Source: Octopus bimaculoides
Lineage: Eukaryota
Direction of reading: 5' to 3'
Length of the DNA: 64,000 bases
Assembly (NCBI RefSeq): GCF_001194135.2
Contig: NC_068983.1
Span: forward strand, 43,462,978-43,526,977
The notes below the pieces were generated by a model. It made no database searches. It was not told the DNA's origin and was given only the letters and a program-made list of their open reading frames with translations. The position numbers and the translations under genes are program-made. Numbering within the stretch: the stretch's first letter is position 1; every line of letters begins with the position of its first letter. Shown here piece by piece: positions 1 to 12,935 of the stretch.

Positions 1-163
1 TTTGTAGGCTTTTCACATCAATGTTCCTCCTTGCAACAGTACAATTCGATAGTTTTGGAAATTCCCCTTCAGAAGAATCCAAAAAATCTCCAAACAATAA
101 ACTTTCAATATTTTTTCCATCGGTTGACGACTCTTCGACAGACGAAGATACACTATTCGGCAT
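1..163 (-). CDS. Probable first coding segment of an unidentified gene running off the left edge (MPNSVSSSVEESSTDGKNIESLLFGDFLDSSEGEFPKLSNCTVARRNIDVKSLQ...)
   Basis: ATG at 163-161 in AAGATGC context; 54 codons open to the window edge; CpG-richer than flanks; GTAAGT donor upstream at 304-299 suggests a 5'UTR exon. Absent from the ORF track (truncated, <60 aa). Protein not recognised. Confidence 0.4.
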   Translation of the reverse strand, partial: MPNSVSSSVEESSTDGKNIESLLFGDFLDSSEGEFPKLSNCTVARRNIDVKSLQ

Positions 164-3100
164 CTTGCCAGCAATTAATATTTCCCCCACAGGGGAAAAC
201 ACACGATAGTTTTCGAACGAAGACTATCACACAAATAATTATAACAGGAACACTAATTATAACAGGAAATAACACAAAAACAGTCAATAGAAACTTGCAC
301 TTACTATACAAACGCACTCAAATAACTACTAATAAATCCAAACTCACGGACCGTTATACCGCTAAGCATTTCAACCGGTGTCACACAGACGAAATACCGA
401 AGGCAAGATTGATAGATGAAAAACTAAGAGAAAACTGAAAATTTGAATTTAAGTTTTATTCTATTTTGTTGTAATATCTACATTAACGCCGCCACTGAAT
501 TTAAAATGTTTATATGAAGTACTTCTTTATTACTTCACGGTGTTTAAGTTTTACAAAATTAAATTAGAAAATTGGACAAAACAGAACACAATTGAAAAAA
601 TTTTAAAGAAAAAAGAGAAAAAGAAATTAAAAAAAAAACAATTCACCACCTTGGGCTGAAAAGTTGGGGGGCGCTGGAAAATTTGAATATATCTGAGTGC
701 AAAAAAAAAAAAAAAAGAAATATATTCATGTGGCTCATTATTTGCCATTATTTCTCCTAATGGAAATAGTAAAAATATGGAGTTGACGAAGAAGCTAGAA
801 ATAGCAGCTACATCTCCCTTAAATCACACCCTTTTCTCTAAAAAGAAAAAGAAAAGACATGTTAGATAATATAGTCCCAGATCCCTCCAAAAAAAGACGG
901 AGTGGCCATAACTGGAATGGTTTTGATCATATGAGCTCTGTCAATGATGATGTAGAACTAAACAAGTCAGAATGCTTTAATCTCTCCTTAGACCGCCTCA
1001 TTTGTGTGTGGTGTAAGGGGAAATTAGTTCCTGTCTAAATATCACCCACATTATGTCTCCAACTTAGAATTCTTCTAACATCTGTACAAATAAAAATTAA
1101 TTATTGTTTACGATGAAGAAAATCGTTTGTTACAGCTGTAATTTCCAATGTAGAGACAGTTTATAGTAAAGTAGTTGTTGTTTTTTTGTGAGTGGAGAAT
1201 AGTAAATACATAAGGAATCTTAACTTCAGTCGCTCAATTTACTAGAAATAGCAACCGAATCTCCTTTAAATCACACCTTTTAAATAAACACTCGAACGAT
1301 GACCTAACGAGGAACCCGGTTTAACCAGGAAACCCTCCACGCGGTTGTTCGTCCTTGTGGTAATGACAACAAAATCTCTCGCAATTAAAAATTGAATTGT
1401 CACACTTACGATGGTAGGTCTACTGGAGTGAACGACCTCAACAACAACGGGAGACTGTTTACATAAACGAATAGCGGGATTAAATTTCACCAACTTGAAT
1501 ATTACCTCTTACTTGACATTTCTCAGGCTCTTGTCTATTGCTTTTGTGGTTCAACATTAATGGTCTTTTTTTTTAATTTTTATTATTCTCAAAAATATTG
1601 TAGTAAAGTTCTCGAATCTGTACAAAACGGTACCACATAAAAATGGCTTGCTGGTATCCCACGAATGTCTCCGAAAATTCAGCCAGGTATTGTTGTATTG
1701 TTTATAAAATAAACCGTGGTAAGAAACTGGCTTCCCAGCAACATGGTACAGGGTTCAGCCTCACTGTGTGACACCTTGGGCATATTCTGCTATAGACTCG
1801 GGTTGACCAAAAGCCTTGTGAGTGGATTTGGTAGAGAGAAACTGGAAGAAGCCCAACATATATAAATATGTATATCCGTATACACTGTTAATACACAAGT
1901 TTACTATCCTCGACACTACCTTAGTGCTCTTGTTATTAAAATACCTCGATCCTATTGGATCCTGAAAGTAATTTTATATATATATATATATCGTCAGTAA
2001 AAAACAAATCCGAAAGAAGCGTGTTTATGTCCTGTTATCTAGCGGTTCGAAAAAACGTATCGATAGAAAAAGTATCAGGCTGTAAAAAAAATAAGTACCG
2101 GAGTCGACGATTCACTCGACTAAAAATTCTCGAAGGCGGTGCCCCAGCATGGCTGCAACCCCTTCACTGAAACAGATAAAAGATATATGATACGTTAGTA
2201 ATTAAATCAATTGGCTTTAATTACCACTATTTACCTCATTAGTTCATAATTTATTATTTTCATACATGTCTGGAATCCTCGAATAACTGAAATAATTCTA
2301 AAATATATTTTATTGATTATAAAATTAAGGTATAAGTAATTAACTCAGGTTAACTAGTTAGTAATCACAGATTACTTCATTTGCTAATAAAGTATTTAAC
2401 ACATGGAATGTCGAATGTCTCCAAAAATTCTAAAGTATATACTTTTGCTGCTAAAACAATGTAAAACCGTAATTAAATTAGTTTAATTAATAATCACAGA
2501 TTTTCTCATTGGCTCATAAAGTATTTACACATGGAATCCCAGAATGGCTTCGAGAATTCTGTGTTGTTTTATGTCTATAAAATATACCATAAAATGATAA
2601 TTAACATAGTTTAATTAATTTTAATAGTCATTATATATAATGTAGCATGTCGTTTCTATGTTTACTAATATATGGGAGAACGTAACTAATACATCACAAA
2701 ATATTTAGAAACAAGACATACCTACACAAATGTGCCTCCAGACTTTGTGACCTTATAATTTTCAGAAAAACGGATATATTTTAATGAAATTTTCTACAAA
2801 TACGCTTCAGATGACACAGATTACAATTATATCGGAATTTGCAGTGAAAAAATTTTTTCCCGAGGATGGGGAGAGGAGTTTCGGAAAATTCACACGAATC
2901 GGTTTTGTTCTTTCGTAACTTTTAGAAAGATAGGTAATTTTTAAAGAAAATTTCTACAAATACCTTTCAGATGGTGAAGATCACGTTTATATTAGAATTT
3001 AATGTGAAAAAAAAAATTGTTTGGCATGCATGCATACATACATACTAACACACATCACAATCCCCCCCCCCCACACCTTTTTTTTAAAAGAAATTTCATG

Positions 3101-4809
3101 TTCCATTTTGTCGATATGAGATGTGTCAATATGTATGTGCAAGCGAGCCCAGAAATTATTTCCATATTCAATTCTGATATAATCATAATCTACGCACTTT
3201 GAAAGGCATTTGTAGAAATTTCATTAAAAAAATACCAGTTTTTCTATAAATTTATGCGGAAACAAAGCCAACTCGTGTGAATTTTCCAAAACTCCTTTCC
3301 CCATCTTCGGAAAATTATTTCTTCACAACAGATTCCGAAATAATTGGAAAATACATCATCTGAAGCGCGATTGTAGAAAATTTCATTTAAAAACACCAAC
3401 TTTTCTGTAAGTTATGAGGAAACAAAGCCGTGTGGGCAGCGGATGGCGGTAGATATTTGTGGGTATGCCAAAACGCTTAGCAGCTTTTCGTCTGTTTCCA
3501 CGTTCTGAGTTCAAATCCTGCCGAAGTCGTCTTTACTTTTCATTCTTTCGGAGTCGATAAAATACGTATCAGTCGAGTACTGGGGGGGGGGGGTTCGATG
3601 TAATCGACTAGCCCCTTCCCCATGAATTTCAAGCCTTGTGCCTATAGTAGAAAGGACTATTATTAGAAGCGACGGGCTGACAGAATCGTTAGAACGCCGG
3701 ATAAAATGTTTGTTATATTTCGTCCGTCTTTACGATCCGGGTTCAAATTCTGCCGAGGTCGATGAAATAGGTACCAGTTGAACACTGGAGGCGATGTAAT
3801 CGACTAGACCCCACCCCCTTTGTATTTATAAGCACAAGACCTGAGAATTTATGGGAGTGGGGGGGTCTAGTCGATTACGTCAACCCCAATGTTCAACAGG
3901 TACTTATTTTATAGACCCCTAAAGGATGAAATGTAAAAGTCGGGCCGGTTAAACTCCAGTTTCTGACCCCCGGGCAGTTTCGGCCAGGGCCGAATTTGAA
4001 CTCAGAACATTAGGACGGGCGAAATGCCGCAAAGCATTTTATCCGGTGTATTAACGAATCTGCCAAAAATATAATTTGTGAAGAGAGACATCAAATAATT
4101 CCACATTACGGGAGCCATGTGAATGAATGGTGTGGTTCGCACTTAATGTCCGACTGGACCGCAGATCACATCCGTTTGCTCCTCACCCATTGCTTTTTTT
4201 TTATAATTAACATCAAACAGCTTTTATTTTCGACATAATTAAAAAAAACAAAAAAAAAACATTGTTTATCGCTCAACAAATTATTTCACAATTTTTTAAT
4301 CTGAACAATTTTAGAACAGCTTATGTTTATTTTCGATCAAATTAAAAAAAAAAAAAGTCAAACACGACTTGAGATCATTATTAAAATTTTAGAGGAATGA
4401 AATAAAAAAAAAACGTTAATTAGAATTTTGAATTTAAAAATATTTTGGTATTTAAGTGGAAGTTCTCCTTTCTTTAATTACACTCCGTGGCCCTACTGCG
4501 GCCCTTAAAATAACATTGTCAACTAGAACAAATATGTATACTGTCTATTGATGTATATTATAAGTATGTGACCTTAAAAGTAATTATACATTATATATTT
4601 ATATTGCATGGATGTTGTCCTCAAGTAAGAAATTTTATTTAATTATATTATTATAAACTGAAGATGGAAAATAATCGCCTTTTTACGGTTGTATTACTAT
4701 TTTAGTTTCAAAACAAATATTTTCTTCTTGTCGATTTCACTTGTTAACTCGTCGTGTTCATAATATTAATAATTCCTATATTGATTACCATCTAAACTCT
4801 CGCCAAATC

Positions 4810-6666
4810 ATGGAAAGACCGAGGAAGCGGCGAATTGGCGAGGAAAATAGAAAATTTCAAGAAAAATGGACCAAAGAATATTTTGTTATTCCACAGAACG
4901 ATAAAGTTTTGTGTCTGATCTGTCGTAAAATCGGTGCCTGTTTGAAAGAATATAATATTAAACGGCATTACAATTCACACCACAAATCTTATAACATGTT
5001 AGTAGGCGATGAACGGAATATGAAGCTAGAATTACTTTTGAAAGATATTGCTGATCAAACATTTGTTTTCCAAACTGCCCAAAACGAAGTATCAGTCTAT
5101 GCTAGTTATGTTCTTGCTTATGAACTTGTCAGGAGTGCCAAACCGTTATCCGAAGGTGAATTTCTTAAACAATGCATGATGAAAATAGTGGACGTTGTTA
5201 TTCCTGATAAAAAACAACTTTTACAAGATATCGATATGTCGAATATGACAATGTTCCGCAGAATTATTGATGTGGCTGAAGATCTTCGAAAACAACTTCA
5301 AACGCATTCTCAGAGTTTTGTAGCTTATTCTATTTCCTTAGATATTTGTAACGATATTAGTGAGACCCCACAACTTTTGGTTTTCATTCGAGGAGTTTTA
5401 GAGAATTTTGATATTCATGAAGAATTGCTTTCTGTAGAAAATCTGTCAGAAAAAGCTACAGGGATTGATATATTTCACGCCACATGCCGGGCTTTAAATG
5501 CAAACAATATGAATTGGGAACTTTTGGTAGGGGTCACTACAGATAGTGCACCAGCTATGATTGCAGCAAAATCTGGTGCTGTTGCTTTATTAAGCCAAAA
5601 AATGAAGCAAAAATATGGCATGAATTTAATCCATTACCATCGTGTTATTCCTCAAGAGACACTTATTAGCAATGTTCTTTTAATGGATAATGTTATAAGT
5701 GTTGTTGTCAAGTGTGTAAACCTGTTAAGAAGTGAAGTTCATGAACATAACAGGTTTAAAGGTTTCCTGGAAGATTGCAAAGCAGAATTTGGTGATGTCT
5801 ATTTTTCTACAGATAGATGGGTCAGCAATTATTCTTGTCTCAAACGCTTTTTTTCTTTAACAAATGAAATCAAAGAATTTCTGTATCAAAAAGATCACGA
5901 GTTAGTAAATATTATGGACAGCAACTGGATGTGTGATTTGGCCTTTTTGGTTGATATTTCATCTGTTTTAAATGAGTTAAACACACAACTTCTTGGAAAT
6001 GGTAAATTTGCTACAACACTTTTTGAATATACCAAAGAAACTGGAAAAAAACTCCAAATTCTACAGGAGCAGCTAAAAGATAAAAATTTGACTAATTCTG
6101 CAACCTGCAAACTGCTATTAGATGATGGCTTCAAAGTCTATAAAGGTGAATGTATTGTTCTGGATAAGAGTTGCACAATTCTAGAAACATTTTCTTCTGA
6201 AAAATATACCCAAATTCTTCAACGTGCTATAGATTTTTTGGACTTACAGGAGCATTCACAAGCTTTAGATATTTTTGAAAATCCCTTTACTGTAGAACCA
6301 GAAACTGCACCAACAATCTTTCAATTAGAACTTAGAGAATTGCAGGATGATTCCAAATTTAATTATCCTTTCTGCGAAAAAAGTCTCATTAATTTTTATG
6401 AAGAACTTTCTGCTAAACAATATCCTAAATTACGCCATCATGCCCAACAAATGACTTCTTTGTTTGGAAGTACATATATATGTGAGAAAACTTTTACCAT
6501 GATGAATTTAAATAATAATAGTTCCTTGTTTAAAACTAAGTTTACCGAAACTTATCACCATCCATATTTACGTGTTCTAACTTCAAATTACTGTCCTAGA
6601 ATGGAACACATCTTAGAAAAAAAATCATCTTCCATCATATCAGGAGATTATGTTTATTTTTCATAA
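4810..6666 (+). CDS. hAT (Buster/SPIN/Charlie) transposase-derived protein, GTF2IRD2/EPM2AIP1-like, 618 aa, single coding exon
   Basis: Uninterrupted ORF from first ATG at 4810. N-terminal BED-like finger (CLIC...RHYNSHH); SISLD (D1), VTTDSAPAM (D2), RW motif, GSTYICEKTF (E). Candidate 3' splice site TATTTTAG at 4704-4705. Confidence 0.85.
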   Translation: MERPRKRRIGEENRKFQEKWTKEYFVIPQNDKVLCLICRKIGACLKEYNIKRHYNSHHKSYNMLVGDERNMKLELLLKDIADQTFVFQTAQNEVSVYASYVLAYELVRSAKPLSEGEFLKQCMMKIVDVVIPDKKQLLQDIDMSNMTMFRRIIDVAEDLRKQLQTHSQSFVAYSISLDICNDISETPQLLVFIRGVLENFDIHEELLSVENLSEKATGIDIFHATCRALNANNMNWELLVGVTTDSAPAMIAAKSGAVALLSQKMKQKYGMNLIHYHRVIPQETLISNVLLMDNVISVVVKCVNLLRSEVHEHNRFKGFLEDCKAEFGDVYFSTDRWVSNYSCLKRFFSLTNEIKEFLYQKDHELVNIMDSNWMCDLAFLVDISSVLNELNTQLLGNGKFATTLFEYTKETGKKLQILQEQLKDKNLTNSATCKLLLDDGFKVYKGECIVLDKSCTILETFSSEKYTQILQRAIDFLDLQEHSQALDIFENPFTVEPETAPTIFQLELRELQDDSKFNYPFCEKSLINFYEELSAKQYPKLRHHAQQMTSLFGSTYICEKTFTMMNLNNNSSLFKTKFTETYHHPYLRVLTSNYCPRMEHILEKKSSSIISGDYVYFS

Positions 6667-6920
6667 TTTCCAGGGTTGCAAGCTCACAGAATCATGAGAT
6701 TTTTTGAACAAAATACTTCTTGGCATATCTTCTGACTCACTACATTTAAGGTTCAAATTCCACCATGGTTGACTTCACCTGGGATCAATGTAATCGACTG
6801 ACCCCTAAAATTACTGACCTTCTGCCCAGATGACAAAAAAATTATTAATAACTTTCTGTGTCTCTTTATTATGTTTTTTTTTCTATTTTGTTTAATCATT
6901 TGACCATCTATCAACTGTAT

Positions 6921-7083
6921 CAGGATAATTACCCCCCTAGGACAATTACCCCACCTAGGACAATTTCCCCTGATGAAAATTACCCCACTTGGTTAATTAC
7001 CCCATCTTCAATATATTAAGAAGTTTTAAATCATCATCTGTTGTCCTCAGGGGTAATTGTTGATGGTGGGGTAAATGCCCTAG
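6921..7083. mobile_element. Small MITE-like element with repeated AATTACCCC motifs and an inverted GGGGTAA end
   Basis: About five (GGAC)AATTACCCC units on the left, GGGGTAATT/GGGGTAAAT on the right. Confidence 0.4.
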
Positions 7084-10000
7084 ACTCCTAACAACAGTCT
7101 GCTCATATTTTGGTGCTTCTCATGTACTGCAATACTGCACATCTTCTTTGATTCTTGTTTTCAGGTTTATAGAATTCAATTTATAAAGTTTAAACTTTTA
7201 ATTCATTATGTATCTATTGATGATAACAAAAACAAAAATTTTTTAAATCATGTGACAAAAACGTAAGTAAATTTGTTCCAAATCCAATCTGTTTATCTCT
7301 TTGTTCATTTTATGTCCATTTTCTATGTTAGCATGGGTTAGATGAATACATATTAATGAAGCATGATTTTACAGCTGGATGCCTTTGCTGCTAACCCTTA
7401 TTTTTCAAGTAAGGGGGTTTTTCTTTGGAAGCACTAAACTATCAGAAAGTTTGTTGACAAGGAAATTACAACAAAGACCAGTCTGGATCTCAACTCCACA
7501 CAATGTAAACATTCACACATCATTTTTATTATTATTACAAAAAATGGTGAATTGGTAGAATCGTTGGAGCATCAGGAAAATGCCTTGTTGTATTTGTTCT
7601 GGTTCTTTACATTCTGAGTTCAAATTCCACCAGGGTTGACTTTACCTTTCAACCATTTGGGGAAGGTTGATAGGGTAAGGAACAGTTGAACACGGGACTC
7701 GACTTACTCCCACTCCTAAAATTCCTGACCTTGTACCAAAATTAGTAAGAATTATTAGTAGTAGTAACAATCATAAGGTAGCAGAATTATTAGCACGTTG
7801 GGCACAATGCTTTGCAGTATTTCATCTGTCTTTATGTTTTGAGTTCAAATCCTGTTGAGGTCAACTTTGCCTTTCATCCTTCTGGGGTCAATAAAATGGG
7901 TACCTGTTGAGCACTGACGCTGATTTAATTCACTTCGCCCACCCCCAAGCCTGCTAGCCTGGTGCCAAAATTTGAAACCATTATTATTGAGTGAGAAAGT
8001 AGTGCATGCCATCAAAGTGATGCTGGGGTACAAATATGCGAAACTCAATATAATTATGACTACCCATCTGATAAGGGTGCACTAGGCATATGCATCACAA
8101 CCATGTGTGTGGCATGGTGACCTCGTATCAAGGTAAACAGTGCATGACCTTGCAGTTGGAGCCCAGGTAGAATTTTCTTCAGGTTGAGTAGACCATCTCA
8201 CTCAAAAAGTCCCTGAATATGGTTTGTTTAAGAATGATGAATGAAACACCCATGTTTCCAGAGTTGAATTATTCAAACCCCTAAAAATCTTTCTCAACAC
8301 ATGGCTATGATGCTCCACCGCTACTCCTGCTCATGATCAGAGATGCACATATCATCAGTCACTAAAGGACATGCTCAAATAGTGGAGGTCAAACAACTGA
8401 TAAGCAAATCTGTGGTTTTGAGTAGAATATTTGCTGTAGCCCATCTTTAACACCAAAACAAAACGTGTATGGGTTAAACCATCTAATTTTTAAGATCAGA
8501 AGCCACGAAAGCCAGTGCCTGGTATTGCATCAGGGTACATCATTACTGTTGTTTCACAGAATTGGTATTTTAAGTGGTTTAGTTACACTTTCTAGGATAA
8601 GGATCATTTTGTGTATTATTTAAAAAAAAAAATTTCTGTTCTGTATATTTATTTTTACATTGTACTGAGGACTTTTCAAGTAATTCCTGCTGAACCTAAC
8701 AGATATGTTTTCTGCACTGCATCTACTCCCAGATAAAGTGAAGCTAACTGAGGTTTGTTTTATAAATTTTACATTCATTTTCGCTACAAACGTTTTGCTG
8801 TGCTCCTGAGCAAGGTAGACAACTCTGTCTAATTGTAGAAACGGGTCACATCCTGAGTTAATTTTCTAAAACACAAGTCAGCCTTGATAGAACAGACCTC
8901 TGGTCAAAGGCGCCCCAGTCATGACTGTTTCATGTTTTTTTTTTCCAGATATAATGCATCTAGAAGCACATTATCTCATTTTCCTTTTATTTAATGCAAT
9001 AATGTGATTTGAGGGAGATTTGTCTCAGTTTCCCTGTTTCAAACTAACAAGGTTATCTTCATCACCATTTAACATCTGTTCCCCATGCTGGTGTAGGTTT
9101 TCCAATACCCTTACACAAAGTACCTGAGAAGTGATGCACATACTCACAAAAATTCTTCAATCTTCTTCGATAAGGTTTTTAGAAACATGCCACAGTATGT
9201 CATTTCCTCAAAATGTACAACTGTCTGACCATCAATTTACAACCTGGACACCTCACAAATCTGTGTTACTTCCACAAAGATTCTTCAAAGAGGGCATTAC
9301 AGTAATGTTTCCTTCACTGTGCACAACTTTCTACCTCAGCCTCAGCAGAAGGACACAATAAGGTGGCGAGCTGGCAGAAACGTTAGCACGCCGGGCAAAA
9401 TGCTTAGCGGTATTTCGTCTGTCTTTTCGTTCTGAGTTCAAATTCCACCCAGGTCAACTTTGCCTTTCCCTGAAACTTGCTGGCCTTGTACCAAAATTTG
9501 AAACCAATATGTCTATGAAGAGATTTTATGAGACAATTCCACAACATAATGCCTTTTAACAGTGTCTATACATTTTTTATGATACACAGATAACAATTTT
9601 AATTTAACCTTTCAGCATTCAGATTACTTTGTCAAATGTAATACTTATTTATTCACATTTGTTTTCAATTATTCAGGGATTATCTCATACATTCAAGATT
9701 TCAATGATGTGGTGGTTATTTTTTACAATGACACTGTAGGGTATTTATGAGAGGCCAGATCTGGCTAGTTTAAACATAAAACAGGAAGAGTATTCGGACC
9801 GGATATGGCTAGTTTAAATGCTAAGGGACTGATGCTGTTTCATTTGCATATGACAACACATTTTTCAAAATGCTTAACCATTCATATATATCTTCTAACA
9901 TTTTAAATTACATTTTTAAATATTCACATCACACATAGATATCACTTGTAATGAATCATTTGAGAATCCTACTGCTGTAGGATCTCATTTGTGTTTATAA

Positions 10001-10190
10001 AGAGTGAGAGAAGTTCTCTAATTAGTTTTAATCATCATGGTCTGGGCCATGCTGGAGCACTTTCTCCATAAGAGAGAAAAGAAATAAGAAAAGAGAGAAA
10101 GAGTTTTCAAAGCCTTTATTCACAAAATAATGAATATCTTTAAAACACATGGTGAATATGGAACAAATAAATTAAATAAATCCGGCAAAT

Positions 10191-10223
10191 TCATCTGTCT
10201 AAGATCTTGAAGAAATATTCAAC
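10191..10223 (-). CDS. NME7: NME7 last coding exon (VEYFFKILDR*)
   Basis: TTGTAG acceptor, phase 0, matches the human C-terminus VQYFFKILDN; TGA at 10193-10191; AATAAA on the minus strand at 10120-10115. Confidence 0.9.
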   Translation of the reverse strand, partial: VEYFFKILDR

Positions 10224-10751
10224 CTACAAGAAAGGAAATATATTAAAAAAATTATCCTGTTTCTATAAAATGGTTTATTTTAATTAGTTAAGAAAAAAAA
10301 TATAGATGTAAATAGTTAAGAATTTTAGATATCATTACCACCATCATCATCCTTTAATGTCTGTTTCCCATGCTGGCATTGGTGCCATGTAAGAAACACC
10401 CAGCACATTCTGTAAAGTGGTTGGCATTAGGAAGGGCATCCAGCCATAGAAACCTGGCCAATACAATGAAGCTTGATGGAGTTCTTCGGCTTGCTAGCTC
10501 CTGTGAAAACATCCAACCCATGCCAGCATGGAAAACAGATATTAAATGATGATGATGATCTCATGATGTATCATTCATACTTGCCAGTTGAGTTGAGTGA
10601 AGCAACATGCAATAAAGCATCTTGCTCAAGGACACAACACGCTACTGAGAATCGAACTCACAACCTTGTGATCATGAGCTGAACACCCTAACCACTAAAC
10701 CATGTGCTTTCACATGAACTGTCATAGGACTAGATTAAATGTAATACTTAC

Positions 10752-10859
10752 TTCTAAAATGCCATCTTCAGGTAGATCTGTGCAGTGGACAGCATTTTTG
10801 ATTTTATCAATTCCAAAAAGGGCACGTAGTGAGCGTGGTCGTAAATGTCGAGCTATCTC
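10752..10859 (-). CDS. NME7: NME7 coding exon 8 (EIARHLRPRSLRALFGIDKIKNAVHCTDLPEDGILE), NDK domain B with His
   Basis: CAG acceptor, GTAAGT donor, 108 nt, phase 0/0; near-identical to the human NME7 segment. Confidence 0.95.
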
Positions 10860-11826
10860 CTGAAGAAAATCAAAATAGAAAAAAACAATATTTTGTCAGC
10901 CGGACTCTTTTCCTAACATTTTTATTTATTTCTTTTTAGATTTTTAATTTTTAACAATTAACAATCTGGATTATATCATTTAATTATTTATTCATTCATT
11001 TTGTATTACAACTGCTGAACAATAGAATTGGTAAGGTCAGGGCCCACACCAGATTTTATTGTCTGTTTTGGTATGGTTTCAAGGGTTGGATGCCCTTCCT
11101 AATGCCAACTACTTTACAGAATGTACTGGGTGCTTTTTGTGTGGACCCATGTAAGTAGCATCATGCTTCTTATGTGACACCAGTATCAGTGCTTTTAATG
11201 TGACACTATCACCGGCGCTTTTTACATGACACCAGCAACAGTGCTGTTTACATGAGACCATCACTGATGCTTTTTGTGTGGTACCAACACCAATAAGGTC
11301 ATCAAGTAACTAGCAAGACAAAAATCTCTTCAGTTGGAAGAGAAGCATTAACCAAGGTGGTTTAAGACATCACAACACAAATATATTGCACATAAGTGCC
11401 TCTTTTTTACTATGCACAACATCCACTTTTCCATGCTGCATGGCTCATATGAAATTAATTGAGGCAGATTTTCTACAGTCAGATGCTCTTCTTGTCATCA
11501 ATCATCATTTGCTTCCAAACAAGTTAACAATTCCTCATGGCTGAACAGTGGAAGTGAAGGATAATGCTTCTATGGTAGTAACACCTTTTCACAACTTTCA
11601 TAGAATGTCAAGACAAGGAGAGCAAACAAACATACACACACATAATTATATGACAAATCTCTTTCAGTTTCCATCTGCCAAATTCACTCACAAAGCTAAG
11701 GTCAGCTTGAGGTTATAGCAGAAGACGCTTGCCCAAGGTGCCACGCAGTGGGACTGAACCCAAAACCATGTGATTGAGAAATAAATTTCTTAACTACACA
11801 ACAATGCCAGTGTAGTTTATACATAC

Positions 11827-11875
<49 letters not shown>

Positions 11876-12450
11876 NNNNNNNNNNNNNNNNNNNNNNNNN
11901 NNNNNNNNNNNNNNNNNNNNNNNNNNNNNNNNNNNNNNNNNNNNNNNNNNNNNNNNNNNNNNNNNNNNNNNNNNNNNNNNNNNNNNNNNNNNNNNNNNNN
12001 NNNNNNNNNNNNNNNNNNNNNNNNNNNNNNNNNNNNNNNNNNNNNNNNNNNNNNNNNNNNNNNNNNNNNNNNNNNNNNNNNNNNNNNNNNNNNNNNNNNN
12101 NNNNNNNNNNNNNNNNNNNNNNNNNNNNNNNNNNNNNNNNNNNNNNNNNNNNNNNNNNNNNNNNNNNNNNNNNNNNNNNNNNNNNNNNNNNNNNNNNNNN
12201 NNNNNNNNNNNNNNNNNNNNNNNNNNNNNNNNNNNNNNNNNNNNNNNNNNNNNNNNNNNNNNNNNNNNNNNNNNNNNNNNNNNNNNNNNNNNNNNNNNNN
12301 NNNNNNNNNNNNNNNNNNNNNNNNNNNNNNNNNNNNNNNNNNNNNNNNNNNNNNNNNNNNNNNNNNNNNNNNNNNNNNNNNNNNNNNNNNNNNNNNNNNN
12401 NNNNNNNNNNNNNNNNNNNNNNNNNNNNNNNNNNNNNNNNNNNNNNNNNN
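11876..12450. other. Assembly gap. Other gaps: 17570-18184, 21793-22550, 26820-27473, 38915-39077, 61456-62280, 62821-62830, 63282-63986
   Basis: Runs of N, mostly flanked by (TA)n microsatellites. Confidence 0.98.
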
Positions 12451-12451
12451 N

Positions 12452-12482
<31 letters not shown>

Positions 12483-12699
12483 GGGCTTCCACACAGTTTC
12501 TATCTCGCAAAGTCACTCACAAGGCTTTAGTCAGGCTTGGTTATAATAGAAGACCCTTGCCCAAGGTTCCACACAATGTGGTTGAACCCAAATACCATAT
12601 GGTTACCTGTTTAACCCTACAAACATGCCTGTGACTAAAAGTCTACGAAAAACAGCATAAAACACTCTTTTAGGAAAGACAGGAACTGAAGTAACTTAC

Positions 12700-12935
12700 A
12701 GGATCAGCAGGACCAGTCATTTCCCGGAAGGCCTTCGGAGCATCTTTTGCCCGCAGAGCAATAGCCACACATGGTCCACTGGTCAGTTCAGTGACCATCG
12801 ATGGATATTCTGGCACAACTCCTTTGTACACTTCGAGGAATTCTTCAGCACAGACTCGTTCCAAGTGAAACATCTGGATCGCAGTTATTTCAAAACCAGC
12901 ATCTGTTATTGCTTTTATGATTTTAGGAGCAAGCC
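12700..12935 (-). CDS. NME7: NME7 coding exon 7 (GLAPKIIKAITDAGFEI...GPADP), NDK domain B
   Basis: CAG/GTAAGT, 236 nt, phase 1/0; lies within ORF 12670-12957. Confidence 0.95.
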
